A DNA stretch of 63,623 nucleotides, filler included, from an uncultured Methanosarcinales archaeon (GCA_964608065.1; 5 parts of 5 records of this genome joined end to end with filler, not necessarily neighbours in it), one strand, 5' to 3'. Shown: positions 29,756 to 39,315, counted from the whole stretch's first letter. A program made the numbers and translations. Notes: generated by a model not told the origin, from the letters alone.

Positions 29756-30748
29756 TTAAACAGGATTTTGGATAAGAAATATCCAACGACGCCGATTAAA
29801 TTTATTAAACAATAAATTTGGGACTTTATCTAAAATACCAGCCATTGTCGCACCACTTGCTGAACCTAAAATAGTTCCTCCCATCGACCCCAAATTTGAG
29901 CCTACAATTCCACCAAATAATGCTCCTACAATAGGGCTTAGAGTCTTATTTACATCAGCATACTTTTTATACTTTTGAGCAAGTTTATTGAAATCATTTA
30001 CTAAATTACTTGATACGTCAGCTGTAAAATCTTCATTAGTTAACTGTGCCTTATGGATAGTATTTTCTAAAAAATTAGTGAAATGAGTTCTAAGAGGATC
30101 AGCCCTAAATATATTTATCTTATCAATTGGTAAACCTTTAGGTAACATAATATTTACATCATTAAGAAAAGTCCCCACTTCTAAAGTGTGTTTAAGCATA
30201 GGGTTAGGAGGAGAATAAAGTAATCCTAATTTTCTGAGATGATAAAACCATAATTGCAAATATTGTGGATTCAAAATCATTGGAACATCAAAAGTTTGTG
30301 AAAATATTGTATCCCATGCTATTGTCAAAGAGAGATTATCAACTGCATTATAGAGATCAGTATTATTAGGCTTTAGAATCTTACTTACCATCCAACGAAA
30401 TTTTTTATCTTTTCTATTATTCTCAACCAATGAACTATAAGACTGTTGAAAAAATGTTTCTTGGAAAATATTCTTCCTAGCAATATAATTTCCACTTTCA
30501 AGAATTTCAGAAGGTAAGATAGTATCATCAATCACTACTGGGAGGATAAAACCTTCAGTTATAAATTGGCACATCCTTTCAGAAAAATCGGACTTCTGAT
30601 TACAAAAGCATAACGCTTTATCTGTAAGAAGAGGTAAAGTATCTAAATAAAAATTATGGAAATCGGGAGTGTTCGCCGGATCAACATAAACAATTATTCC
30701 TTTCCCAATAAGACGCTTAACTCGATTATATTCACTTAGTTTTATCAT
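29756..30748 (-). CDS. Hypothetical protein with C-terminal glycine-zipper membrane segment
   Basis: 'IVGALFGGIVGSNLGSMGGTILGSASGATMAG'; overlaps upstream gene. Confidence 0.75.
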   Translation of the reverse strand: MIKLSEYNRVKRLIGKGIIVYVDPANTPDFHNFYLDTLPLLTDKALCFCNQKSDFSERMCQFITEGFILPVVIDDTILPSEILESGNYIARKNIFQETFFQQSYSSLVENNRKDKKFRWMVSKILKPNNTDLYNAVDNLSLTIAWDTIFSQTFDVPMILNPQYLQLWFYHLRKLGLLYSPPNPMLKHTLEVGTFLNDVNIMLPKGLPIDKINIFRADPLRTHFTNFLENTIHKAQLTNEDFTADVSSNLVNDFNKLAQKYKKYADVNKTLSPIVGALFGGIVGSNLGSMGGTILGSASGATMAGILDKVPNLLFNKFNRRRWIFLIQNPV

Positions 30749-31775
30749 CTTCCTCAAGATTTCCTTTAAATAATTTTCTTAATTCTGTTATAGATTCAAA
30801 TCTAAATTTTCCACTATCCAGCAGATTCATATCATCAAACCATAATTCTGGATTAGAATCTTCAAAAAATAAAACTGCTCCTTTCTCTGTTTTAAATATT
30901 TTAATCTTGTCTTCCAGATAACCTAAAGGAAACTTTAAACTAAAATTAGGATATATATCTAAATCAACTTTCATAATTTGATTAAATCCTTGCTTGTCTT
31001 TATCCTTCAATTCAACAATAGAAGATGTAGAGTTCAAAAGTTTCTTTACTTCTTCTATTGGACTCTTTGGTCGTTCAAGACCTATAGCATCACAAACTAT
31101 ATTCGCTTTTTCAGTTAAAACATGGAGTTTAGCCTTATCAAAATCTTGTTCATAGCCTATTTTGGAATCAGGAGTTTTAAGAGGATCTTGAGAGAAATAT
31201 AAATAAGGATAGATAAAAGTTGTATGGAAATCCTGTCTTAAAGCTTTCTCTAAGTATTTTAACAAAGCATTCTCATCATAATGTAAAATATCATTCTCAT
31301 AATCAGTTATAAGAATTCCTAAAAACCTATGAAGAATTTTATTAATAGGTATAGTAAATTGGGAGAATATTAAAATTCCCTTTGTAGCTTTTAATTGATT
31401 AGCTAAAGTATTCCCTAATTCTGAACAAAGATATTTAAAAGAATCATCATCTGTGCATGTCAAGATTTCTGCATAATTCTGCTTTTTTGAATTATTAGTT
31501 AAAGATTGAACATAAGAAGTTGGTTTCGCCCCTTGTTGCTGATCTTGAAAAATCTCCAAAGCGGGTTTAACTGCAAAACCTCCACGTTTAGGCAAAAAGT
31601 TTGTTTCCATGCCTCCAAACTTTCTTTTGAGATTCCTTCCTAAACAAAGTAATAAAGAATCCAAACGTTGTGAGCTTCTTGAAATGCTTATTGTTTGTAG
31701 GTGATCTATTCTTGAAATTGTTCTTTCTCGGATACATTCAAAAAGAGAAACCCTACTTATTTTTAGTTCTGCCAT
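30732..31775 (-). CDS. Hypothetical protein (weak resemblance to NdpA/KwaB-like families)
   Basis: 347 aa, GAGGTGA RBS; 'GILIF..F......FLGILITDYE' pattern. Confidence 0.7.
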   Translation of the reverse strand: MAELKISRVSLFECIRERTISRIDHLQTISISRSSQRLDSLLLCLGRNLKRKFGGMETNFLPKRGGFAVKPALEIFQDQQQGAKPTSYVQSLTNNSKKQNYAEILTCTDDDSFKYLCSELGNTLANQLKATKGILIFSQFTIPINKILHRFLGILITDYENDILHYDENALLKYLEKALRQDFHTTFIYPYLYFSQDPLKTPDSKIGYEQDFDKAKLHVLTEKANIVCDAIGLERPKSPIEEVKKLLNSTSSIVELKDKDKQGFNQIMKVDLDIYPNFSLKFPLGYLEDKIKIFKTEKGAVLFFEDSNPELWFDDMNLLDSGKFRFESITELRKLFKGNLEEDDKTK

Positions 31776-31887
31776 AATTTCACCTCAATATTTAATCTTC
31801 CAGAAGAAATGGAGGAAGAGTATTTAAAGTTTTTGTAGATTTACGAGGACAAAACAATTTTTATTTCTTTTAATGTTTCTTATGGAA

Positions 31888-32040
31888 CTATTCCTTCTTC
31901 TTCATATATCCTTGCTCAGAAAGATAAGCTACAACAATATTTCTTACAATTTCGGAATCTTTCTCACCAATCTTGCCTTTTAGCTCACCTTCAATAATCT
32001 TCCATGCACCATCCGGTAAACTAACTAAGACTCTTTTCAT
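31888..32040 (-). CDS. CopG/RHH regulator (50 aa, absent from ORF track)
   Basis: MKRVLVSLPDGAWKIIEGELKGKIGEKDSEIVRNIVVAYLSEQGY. Confidence 0.8.
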   Translation of the reverse strand: MKRVLVSLPDGAWKIIEGELKGKIGEKDSEIVRNIVVAYLSEQGYMKKKE

Positions 32041-32182
32041 AGGATTAATAATAATTTTGGATTTTATATGTTTTATGATTCATGTATATACATTATATAA
32101 TATATATAAGCTACATTTATATATTCTTTATGTCTTAGAAGTATCATTAATGATATAAACAAGTAATAAAGGAGGAAACAAT

Positions 32183-32326
32183 ATGAAAATGATTTTTGAC
32201 TTACCAAACGACATAACACCCATATTAGAAGAGGTATGCAGGATAGACTGCAGAACAAAGACAGGCATTGCTAGGATTGCAATAAAGAAGTATTGTGAAT
32301 ATATTTTAAACAATGAAAAAGCTTGA
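32183..32326 (+). CDS. RHH regulator (47 aa, absent from ORF track)
   Basis: GGAGG RBS; MKMIFDLPNDITPILEEVCRIDCRTKTGIARIAIKKYC. Confidence 0.7.
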   Translation: MKMIFDLPNDITPILEEVCRIDCRTKTGIARIAIKKYCEYILNNEKA

Positions 32327-32726
32327 TTTCAAATATACAGAAAAAGTAGATGCTATCTCAAAAGCTACAAAGCTCATAGAGTTATGCAAACTGCAAAGCT
32401 TCAAGCCAGAAGAATTGACAAGAATGATGTCTAGGATAGACAATGTAAAAAGAGGCTATATTAAAAGTGAATTAACAAAACTAGAACAAAATATCTTTGA
32501 AAGAATAATAGAATATGATATTTCTATAAGGCAGGCTAGAGATTGGTTCAAAGCATTATGTCTAAGACCTAGGTTACAAGAAAAGATTAAACAAAGAAAA
32601 TTACCATTAAAAGCTGCAATTAAAATTAATAATGAAATCCTATTCAAATCAAGATTAACAAAAGAAAAAATCTTAGAAGAAATAAAAGAAGCATTTGAGG
32701 AGTTGGATGATATAAATGAAGCGTAA
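32313..32726 (+). CDS. Hypothetical protein in integrase operon
   Basis: 137-aa basic helical ORF overlapping both neighbours. Confidence 0.7.
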   Translation: MKKLDFKYTEKVDAISKATKLIELCKLQSFKPEELTRMMSRIDNVKRGYIKSELTKLEQNIFERIIEYDISIRQARDWFKALCLRPRLQEKIKQRKLPLKAAIKINNEILFKSRLTKEKILEEIKEAFEELDDINEA

Positions 32727-33456
32727 AACCTTGCCTGACTACATTGAAGTTCCTAAGCTTAGAAAATTGTTCAGAGTTATAGATCGTCCAATGTATGCAA
32801 TAGCTTTTGCCATATGCTTCTTCTGTGGACTAAGAGCAACAGAAACTTGCAAGCTAAAGAAATCAGATGTTAATTTAGAACAAAAAAGATTGAAAGTAGT
32901 TAATGGAAAAAATAGTAAAGATAGATTTGTCCCAATACCTGTTGCAATCATCAGACCATTAGGCATGTGGATGAAATATTCAGGAAATTCAAGCTATTTG
33001 TTTCCATCAAGATCAAATTCATATTCAAGAAAAGAAAACAACCATATTCAAAGGAATGAGTTAAGAAGACGTTTCAATGAATATTCTTATTTAGCAGAAA
33101 TTAATGATGTCATAAGAAGAGATGCTAAAGGTAGAAAAATGCATCGCTATTATGTCCACAGTTTAAGGCATAGTTATGCAACTTATCTTTTAGAGCATGG
33201 AGCTAACATAAGAGAAGTTCAGGAGTTGTTAGGACATGCTGACATTAACTCTACCATGATTTATACTCACATTACTATGAAGAACAAAATGAAAGCTGTG
33301 AATACTGCTTTCAATCAAATAATGGAAAATAAAAGTAAGCCAGTTGAAGAAAATCCTAGCAACATAAGAATTGTTCTTAAGAAAAGACTTGCTTCAGGCG
33401 AAATTAGCTTGAAAGAATATGATGAAATTATTAGAAGATTAGATGAAGAGGTGTAA
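32716..33456 (+). CDS. Tyrosine recombinase/integrase (catalytic domain + SHOCT-like tail)
   Basis: [28 protein letters not shown]; '[14 protein letters not shown]'. Confidence 0.93.
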   Translation: MKRKTLPDYIEVPKLRKLFRVIDRPMYAIAFAICFFCGLRATETCKLKKSDVNLEQKRLKVVNGKNSKDRFVPIPVAIIRPLGMWMKYSGNSSYLFPSRSNSYSRKENNHIQRNELRRRFNEYSYLAEINDVIRRDAKGRKMHRYYVHSLRHSYATYLLEHGANIREVQELLGHADINSTMIYTHITMKNKMKAVNTAFNQIMENKSKPVEENPSNIRIVLKKRLASGEISLKEYDEIIRRLDEEV

Positions 33457-33458
33457 AA

Positions 33459-33956
33459 ATGAATTTTATATGTTTTGATATTGAAACAACTGGATTAGAT
33501 CCTATTAAAGATAGGATTACTGCAATAGGAGTAAAAAACTGTTATGGTGAAGAAGCATTAATAGACAAGGACGAGAAATTTATTCTGGAAGAATTTTGGA
33601 AGATGATTGCAAAGAAATATCCTTATTTCAGATTAGTCGGTTTTAACTGTCTTGGTTTTGATATGCCTTTCATATTGATAAGAAGTTTCAAGCATGGAGT
33701 AAAAGTGTTTGATGTGAGAGGCAAAGTTATAGATTTAAGGTTTGTATTATCTCATGGAAACAGGTATCAGCAAGGAAAGCTAGAAGATTATGCTGCGCTT
33801 ATTGGGTTAGACACTAAGTATAATGGTTATGATGGAGCTGATGCTATTAAATTATGGAAGAATAAGCAGTTAATGGAACTAGAGAAGTATGTTTTGAGTG
33901 ATGTGCAGATTACTTATGGAATTTATAAGAGAATTAAAGAGGTTGGATTATTATGA
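33459..33956 (+). CDS. DnaQ/PolB-type 3'-5' exonuclease (RNase H-like fold)
   Basis: FDIETTG, GFN...FD.PF, Y..SDV. Confidence 0.88.
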   Translation: MNFICFDIETTGLDPIKDRITAIGVKNCYGEEALIDKDEKFILEEFWKMIAKKYPYFRLVGFNCLGFDMPFILIRSFKHGVKVFDVRGKVIDLRFVLSHGNRYQQGKLEDYAALIGLDTKYNGYDGADAIKLWKNKQLMELEKYVLSDVQITYGIYKRIKEVGLL

Positions 33957-34042
33957 ACAGATTTACAACTTTCCCGAAAATCTTTCAAAAAATAAAAGCA
34001 AAGAATATAAGGAAGTTACATAATTAAAAAAGTAAGGATAAA

Positions 34043-35020
34043 ATGAAGGTGGTATCATTATTCTCCGGATGCGGAGGAATGGATTTAGGATTTATAAAAG
34101 CAGGGCATCAACTGGTATGGGTAAATGACAATGATAGTGATAGCCTAGAAACATATAAAGATTATTTTTGTAAAAAACTAGGAATGGATACAAACCATGT
34201 TTGCTTAGAAAATATAGAGAAAGTTAAAACTGATAATATACCTGATTGTGATGTTGTAATTGGAGGTTTTCCATGTCAAGGTTTTTCAATGGCTAACCCT
34301 TATAGGCATACAGAAGATAATAGAAATAAATTATATATAGAATTATTAAGAGTAATAAAGGAAAAAAAGCCAAAATATTTTATTGCTGAGAATGTGCCTG
34401 GTATTTGTTCTATTGGTGGTTATGAAACAAAAGAAGATAAAAAGAATCATGAAGGTAGAATTTTTAAAATGATTCTTAATGAATTAAGAAATGCAAATGA
34501 AATGGGTTACTATGTGAAATTTAAAATTTTAAATGCTGCAGATTTTGGGGTGCCTCAGACTAGAAGAAGAGTCATTATATTGGGCACGAGGAAAGATATT
34601 GAACCAAAATTAATGCACCCTGAACCAACGCATGATAAAAATTCATCAAAAAAAAATCATCAATGGAAAACAGTTAAAGATGCTTTAATAGGAATTCCTG
34701 AAAAACCTGACGAGAAGATACCAAATCATTTAGGAACTTCTCACAAGGTAACAATTAATGGTTATCTTGGAAATCGACCCACTAATCCAAATAAGCCTTC
34801 ACCTACAATTGCTGGAAGAGGTGGAGGAACTGGGGGGCCAGTTATTATTCCTCATCCAAATTTGAAAAGAAGAATGACGGTAAGAGAAACTGCTAGAATT
34901 CAATGCTTTCCTGATGACTTTATTTTTAAAGGCTCTATATCTTCCCAATATCGGCAAATAGGCAATGCTGTTCCTTGGCCTTTAGCTTATAATATTGCAC
35001 TCATGCTCCCATATGAATAA
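34043..35020 (+). CDS. DNA (cytosine-5) methyltransferase
   Basis: LFSGCGG, GGFPCQ, ENV, Q.R.R, R.Q.FPD, QIGNAVP. Confidence 0.96.
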   Translation: MKVVSLFSGCGGMDLGFIKAGHQLVWVNDNDSDSLETYKDYFCKKLGMDTNHVCLENIEKVKTDNIPDCDVVIGGFPCQGFSMANPYRHTEDNRNKLYIELLRVIKEKKPKYFIAENVPGICSIGGYETKEDKKNHEGRIFKMILNELRNANEMGYYVKFKILNAADFGVPQTRRRVIILGTRKDIEPKLMHPEPTHDKNSSKKNHQWKTVKDALIGIPEKPDEKIPNHLGTSHKVTINGYLGNRPTNPNKPSPTIAGRGGGTGGPVIIPHPNLKRRMTVRETARIQCFPDDFIFKGSISSQYRQIGNAVPWPLAYNIALMLPYE

Positions 35021-35024
35021 AGAA

Positions 35025-35711
35025 TTATTCTTCTAAGTCTTTTTTTAGAAATTCAAATATTTCTTTTTTTATTTTTTTATCAGCATCCTTAACTCTATCC
35101 TGCAGTGTGATTATTTTTATATCTTTATTTTTTGCCCCTTCATTACATACATTGCACATTGTAATAAAATCTTCTTTTGTTAATTTTTTGTCCTCTTTTA
35201 TTTCTTCAATCCTTTCCCATTCAATTGTATCTTTATTATTCTTTCTCTTATGCGCAATAATATGGCCAACATGCAATTTAATTTTATGTCCTTTTTTGAA
35301 AGGGTCTTCATCTCCTTTAATCCTTCCACAGAATTGGCATTGATATCCATCCCTCTCAAAAACCTCAAACATAATTTTTTTATTTACGCCACGGCTCCTT
35401 ATATTCTTTGGATTTGGATCTTTCTTAAGCAAAACCCACTCATCCACTTTTAAATTAAAGCCACTAGTATCATTATCACGCCAATTAATAATTTCATAAC
35501 CCTTCTCATCACGTAATTCAAAGATTCTTCTTATATTGTGAGAAATTGGATTGCCTTTTTGACCTGTAATTCTTGCTAATTCTGCAGAAGTTATAATCTT
35601 GCCGACATTAAGTTTAAACCATTCAAGAGCTTTTTTAGTATATGATTCTCCTTCATATTGCTTCAGAAATTCATCCAAGCTTAGTTCTTTTTTTGTATTC
35701 TTTTTAAGCAT
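35025..35711 (-). CDS. HNH endonuclease, probable cognate restriction enzyme
   Basis: RD...CQFCG, LHVGH, MCNVCNEG; convergent with the C5 MTase. Confidence 0.82.
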   Translation of the reverse strand: MLKKNTKKELSLDEFLKQYEGESYTKKALEWFKLNVGKIITSAELARITGQKGNPISHNIRRIFELRDEKGYEIINWRDNDTSGFNLKVDEWVLLKKDPNPKNIRSRGVNKKIMFEVFERDGYQCQFCGRIKGDEDPFKKGHKIKLHVGHIIAHKRKNNKDTIEWERIEEIKEDKKLTKEDFITMCNVCNEGAKNKDIKIITLQDRVKDADKKIKKEIFEFLKKDLEE

Positions 35712-35820
35712 TTTTCTAAATCTAATTTTTATTTTATGTTCCTAAATCTCTAAAACTATATATCCTGTTTTATTTAATAATGTTTTATTCTTTTTATCTC
35801 TTTCCTTATTTTTTAAACAG
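35690..35820 (-). pseudogene. vsr: Remnant of Vsr/DUF559 endonuclease C-terminus
   Basis: KNKERDKKNKTLLNKTGYIVLEI*EH then frameshifted DLEKCLKRI; stop at 35742-35744 where W is expected. Confidence 0.6.
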
Positions 35821-35971
35821 TACCTATTTACTTTTAAAGCGCCTGATTCAAGTTTTAGCAACCACCATAAATTATTTTTTCTTATTTTAAGCCTATAAAC
35901 TCCCAAATTTAAAAATCCTTACTTCCCAAACAAGTGCCTAATCCACTATAAAACAGCTCAAAACTACTTAA

Positions 35972-37684
35972 TTAACAGATTAATTGAGTTACATAAACTT
36001 CACGATCTTTAGAAACAGCTACACCAATTCCTTCAGAATTATGAGTTGATTTAATTATTTTTTGTTCACTTTCTTTATCTTGGAATAAGCCTTCAACTAT
36101 AACAACTGCTAATTCATTAAGATTTAACCAATCATAACCTTCGGAAGAAATTGAATGATACACCTTAGTTTTAAAAACATTCTCAACTAAAGGTTGATAT
36201 TTGCTTTCACAAACAAATTTTTCTGCTTTAGCTTTTGAAATAAAATCTTCTCCATCTAAATCTTCCATAAACAAATTATCATTATTAGCCATTTCTAAGC
36301 TATGTTCCCTACACATAGAATTCATTTTTGTATTATATCCTATTTCAGATAATTTATATTTTGATCTTTCAACATTAATTAACCTATGAATCTCTTTAGC
36401 CAACCTACTTTGTTCCCAATAAGTCCAAAGAGGAAATTCCTCGTTAATTTTCCTTTGACCTATTGTTTCTTCATCAATATTAAAAATATTACCAAACATC
36501 ATTAAATTAGTGTTATAATATATATTCCATAATTCTTCATAAACAGAATTATAATCTCTAAGGTTATTATTAAATTTTAAAACATAAATATTATAGATAT
36601 CTGCATCATCACAAAAATTGCTAGTTGGATCTTCAAAGTAAGTCACACCATCTAAAGTATAACAAAAAACACAATCTGTTTGACACATCTTGCTTTGTAA
36701 TTCATTAAGAGTTTTATCAATTATTTCTAATTTGTCATCTAAATCATTTATTTGTTGATAGTTATTGTCTACAATATTAGCTAATTTAGACCCATAATTT
36801 TGTTCAGAATAAATATTTTTACCATAATTAGTAGGTAAAAATCCTTCTATTTTAATATCACTTTCAGAACCAATTGGAGAAAAAAGAGTAGTTTCAATAA
36901 AACAGATTTGTTCTCCATTATGTTCTAAATTACCTTTATTACAAACAATCCCTACTAAAGCATGCTTTACTTCTTCACTATCTCCAAAAATAATATAAGA
37001 AGTATAATTTAATTTTTTTAAAATCCCAGAAAGAATTACTGATTTATCCAAACAATTTCCTTCTATTTCATAAATAGTTTCATAAGGATATTTATTTAAT
37101 TCTCCTTCATCATTACCATAAGGAATTGACTGAACAAACAATGTTGCAATTTCCACAAGTTCATTAAGAGAATATCCTTCAGATTTCAATTTTTCAAAAT
37201 CTTTAGAAATAGCTTCTATAAATTGATTGTTATAATCATCTTTGAAATAAGATGCAATATAATTACTAGAAGATAGATTTCCATTAAAAAAACAACTCTT
37301 CCCTTTTAAATCAGAAGAATAATAATAAATATCTTCAAAAAGATTGACTTTATAACTAATTTTTTTATCTAAATAATTAAATTCTAATAGATTTTTATCT
37401 TCATTTGAAAAGTTGATTATTAATGGTTTTTTACAAAAATTTAAACAATCTTCTCCTTCACAATAATATTGTCCAGCCCAACCCAATCTTGGTTTTCCAA
37501 GTTCACTTAAATTTCCAGTTTCATATTCTGTATACATAAAATTATAAAAAGGAACAAAAGATAAATCTGAAAATTGAAAATTTCCTTTTGTATGATTTAA
37601 AATTTCTTTAGGATTTGTCCCTGTTTCTTGAAAACAACCACTTATTAAAAAAAGGAATAACAATAAAATCAATATTTTCTTCAT
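35972..37684 (-). CDS. Lipoprotein with transglutaminase-like and CAP/SCP domains
   Basis: Lipobox ISGC; 'FVQSIPY', 'GNCLDKS', 'HA.VG'; 'IN.ER...HS.EM...EN...GIGV...TQ'. Confidence 0.85.
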   Translation of the reverse strand: MKKILILLLFLFLISGCFQETGTNPKEILNHTKGNFQFSDLSFVPFYNFMYTEYETGNLSELGKPRLGWAGQYYCEGEDCLNFCKKPLIINFSNEDKNLLEFNYLDKKISYKVNLFEDIYYYSSDLKGKSCFFNGNLSSSNYIASYFKDDYNNQFIEAISKDFEKLKSEGYSLNELVEIATLFVQSIPYGNDEGELNKYPYETIYEIEGNCLDKSVILSGILKKLNYTSYIIFGDSEEVKHALVGIVCNKGNLEHNGEQICFIETTLFSPIGSESDIKIEGFLPTNYGKNIYSEQNYGSKLANIVDNNYQQINDLDDKLEIIDKTLNELQSKMCQTDCVFCYTLDGVTYFEDPTSNFCDDADIYNIYVLKFNNNLRDYNSVYEELWNIYYNTNLMMFGNIFNIDEETIGQRKINEEFPLWTYWEQSRLAKEIHRLINVERSKYKLSEIGYNTKMNSMCREHSLEMANNDNLFMEDLDGEDFISKAKAEKFVCESKYQPLVENVFKTKVYHSISSEGYDWLNLNELAVVIVEGLFQDKESEQKIIKSTHNSEGIGVAVSKDREVYVTQLIC

Positions 37685-37730
37685 AATTTATTTTAAAATA
37701 CCTTTATTTAAATATTCATCGAAAAAGATT

Positions 37731-38636
37731 TCAAGGAACTACTTCATAATATAAATGCACTTCTTGATCAGCTTCTACACCACCATGGAAATAGTGATTA
37801 TTATCATCTTTAATAAAAATAAAAAATACAGGGAAATTTATATAATCAGCAATAGTAACGTCCCAAATACAAGTATTTTCAGTTTGCCAACCCATATATC
37901 CTTGATTTGCACTAGAATAACAGTTATAATAAATTTTATCGTCTGTTGGATCTTTCGCATTAATTGTAAATGTTAATCTATCTCCCACATTAATTTTAGG
38001 TCGATTTCCATTAAAACAACCAGTATTAGCGATTACATCACATTGATTTCCTAAATTATCTTCAACTGAGACAACATATGGTGGCTCTAAACCTGAAATC
38101 TCTTCAGTTTCTTGTTCTTCAATAATCTCTTCTTCTACTTGACAAACTTCATGTTTGCATTCTTGCTTTTCGAAATCATAACTATCAGCAGTATTAGGAT
38201 TATTATCATTACAATTTTGTGGGCAATCAACACTTTTAACATCAGAGGCACTTACGGAACTTGCCCTGCCTAAGGGGTTTCCTGGACAAAAAGTTATAGC
38301 TCCCTTATATTCTCCTTCTTCACAAATCCCATTATTAGCACATGGCGTTATGGATTCATATTTACACTCATAATTTGTATCTTTTGAACAATAATCTTTA
38401 GTACAAATATTTAAATCTTCACAAGATTGATTACAAGTTTTACAAGGGATTGGACAACAATAAGATTCAATGACATCTAAATAAGAAACAGCACATTCAT
38501 CTGGCGCTGAACATAGATAACCTTGAAAATCTTGACAACTTTTTGTAATACCTTGCCAATCTTCTAAATCTTCTTGAGTACAACCCACTAAAAATATTAA
38601 TAATACTAATAAACTTAAAATTAATAACTTTCTCAT
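37731..38636 (-). CDS. Cysteine-rich lipoprotein with Ig-like C-terminus
   Basis: Lipobox LVGC; 'CEDLNICTKDYC', 'CNDNNPNTADSY' repeats. Confidence 0.8.
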   Translation of the reverse strand: MRKLLILSLLVLLIFLVGCTQEDLEDWQGITKSCQDFQGYLCSAPDECAVSYLDVIESYCCPIPCKTCNQSCEDLNICTKDYCSKDTNYECKYESITPCANNGICEEGEYKGAITFCPGNPLGRASSVSASDVKSVDCPQNCNDNNPNTADSYDFEKQECKHEVCQVEEEIIEEQETEEISGLEPPYVVSVEDNLGNQCDVIANTGCFNGNRPKINVGDRLTFTINAKDPTDDKIYYNCYSSANQGYMGWQTENTCIWDVTIADYINFPVFFIFIKDDNNHYFHGGVEADQEVHLYYEVVP

Positions 38637-38796
38637 AATTAACTTAATAATAAAACTCCTATAAAAATTAATCGTTAATTCACAACAAGCGCCTAATTCA
38701 ATAATAAAACAGCTAAAGATTAACAATCCATAACAAACATCAACTACAACTCTCCTAACATCAAAATTCTAAACTTAAACAACAAACGCCTAAAAT

Positions 38797-38832
38797 TACA
38801 TTTCATGGAAGAAGAATTCTTGAATACGCTTT
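38797..38832 (+). repeat. attR of integrative element (duplicated dph5 3' end)
   Basis: tacatttcatggaagaagaattcttGaatacgcttt; encodes the same LHFMEEEFLNTL tail, then TGA. Confidence 0.92.
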
Positions 38833-38867
38833 GAAGCTTTAGGCGCTTAAAGAAAATATTTTAAATA

Positions 38868-38911
38868 TATTGTCCACAAAATAGAAATGCTTATAAAGAT
38901 TGTGGACAATA
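38868..38911. promoter_or_regulatory. Operator-like inverted repeat flanking a TATA box
   Basis: TATTGTCCACAA-N20-TTGTGGACAATA with TTATAAA inside, directly upstream of the Fic gene. Confidence 0.65.
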
Positions 38912-38919
38912 AAATATCC

Positions 38920-39315
38920 ATGGCTTATATTGATAAGATTAAATCAGGAAACAAAACATTTTACTATTTAGGAAAAACATTAAGATTAGGTCCAAATAAA
39001 TGGAAGAAAATAAGAATTAAATTAGGAAGTAAAAAACCAACAGAAAAAGAAATAGCAAATAAATTAAAAGAATTGAAACTTGAAGAATATAAAATATATA
39101 ATAAAGATTATATTGATGAAAATAAGTTAGAAATAATTGATGATTTTAAAGAAGTTTATAATAATCATTTAAAAGAAATCCCTAAAACAATTATTGAAAA
39201 GGAAGAATCTGACTTCTTAATAAGATTTACTTATAACTCTAATGCTATTGAAGGAAATAGGCTCACATTAAGAGATACATAACTCATTATTAAAGAAAAA
39301 CAAATACCTTACGGT
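38920..39315 (+). CDS. Fic-family protein, N-terminal part (internal stop near contig end)
   Basis: 'FTYNSNAIEGNRLT..DT'; frame continues LIIKEKQIPYG after TAA 39280-39282. Confidence 0.7.

Larger units (their letters stand above)
29627..38832. mobile_element. Integrative element (~9.2 kb) inserted in dph5
   Basis: Flanking 36-bp direct repeats, internal tyrosine integrase, R-M and lipoprotein cargo. Confidence 0.9.

Noticed and set aside
39280..39282. Stop-codon readthrough or recoding in the Fic gene
   Set aside because: A single TAA 33 bp from the contig end; all three stops terminate genes normally elsewhere, so error or pseudogenisation is simpler.
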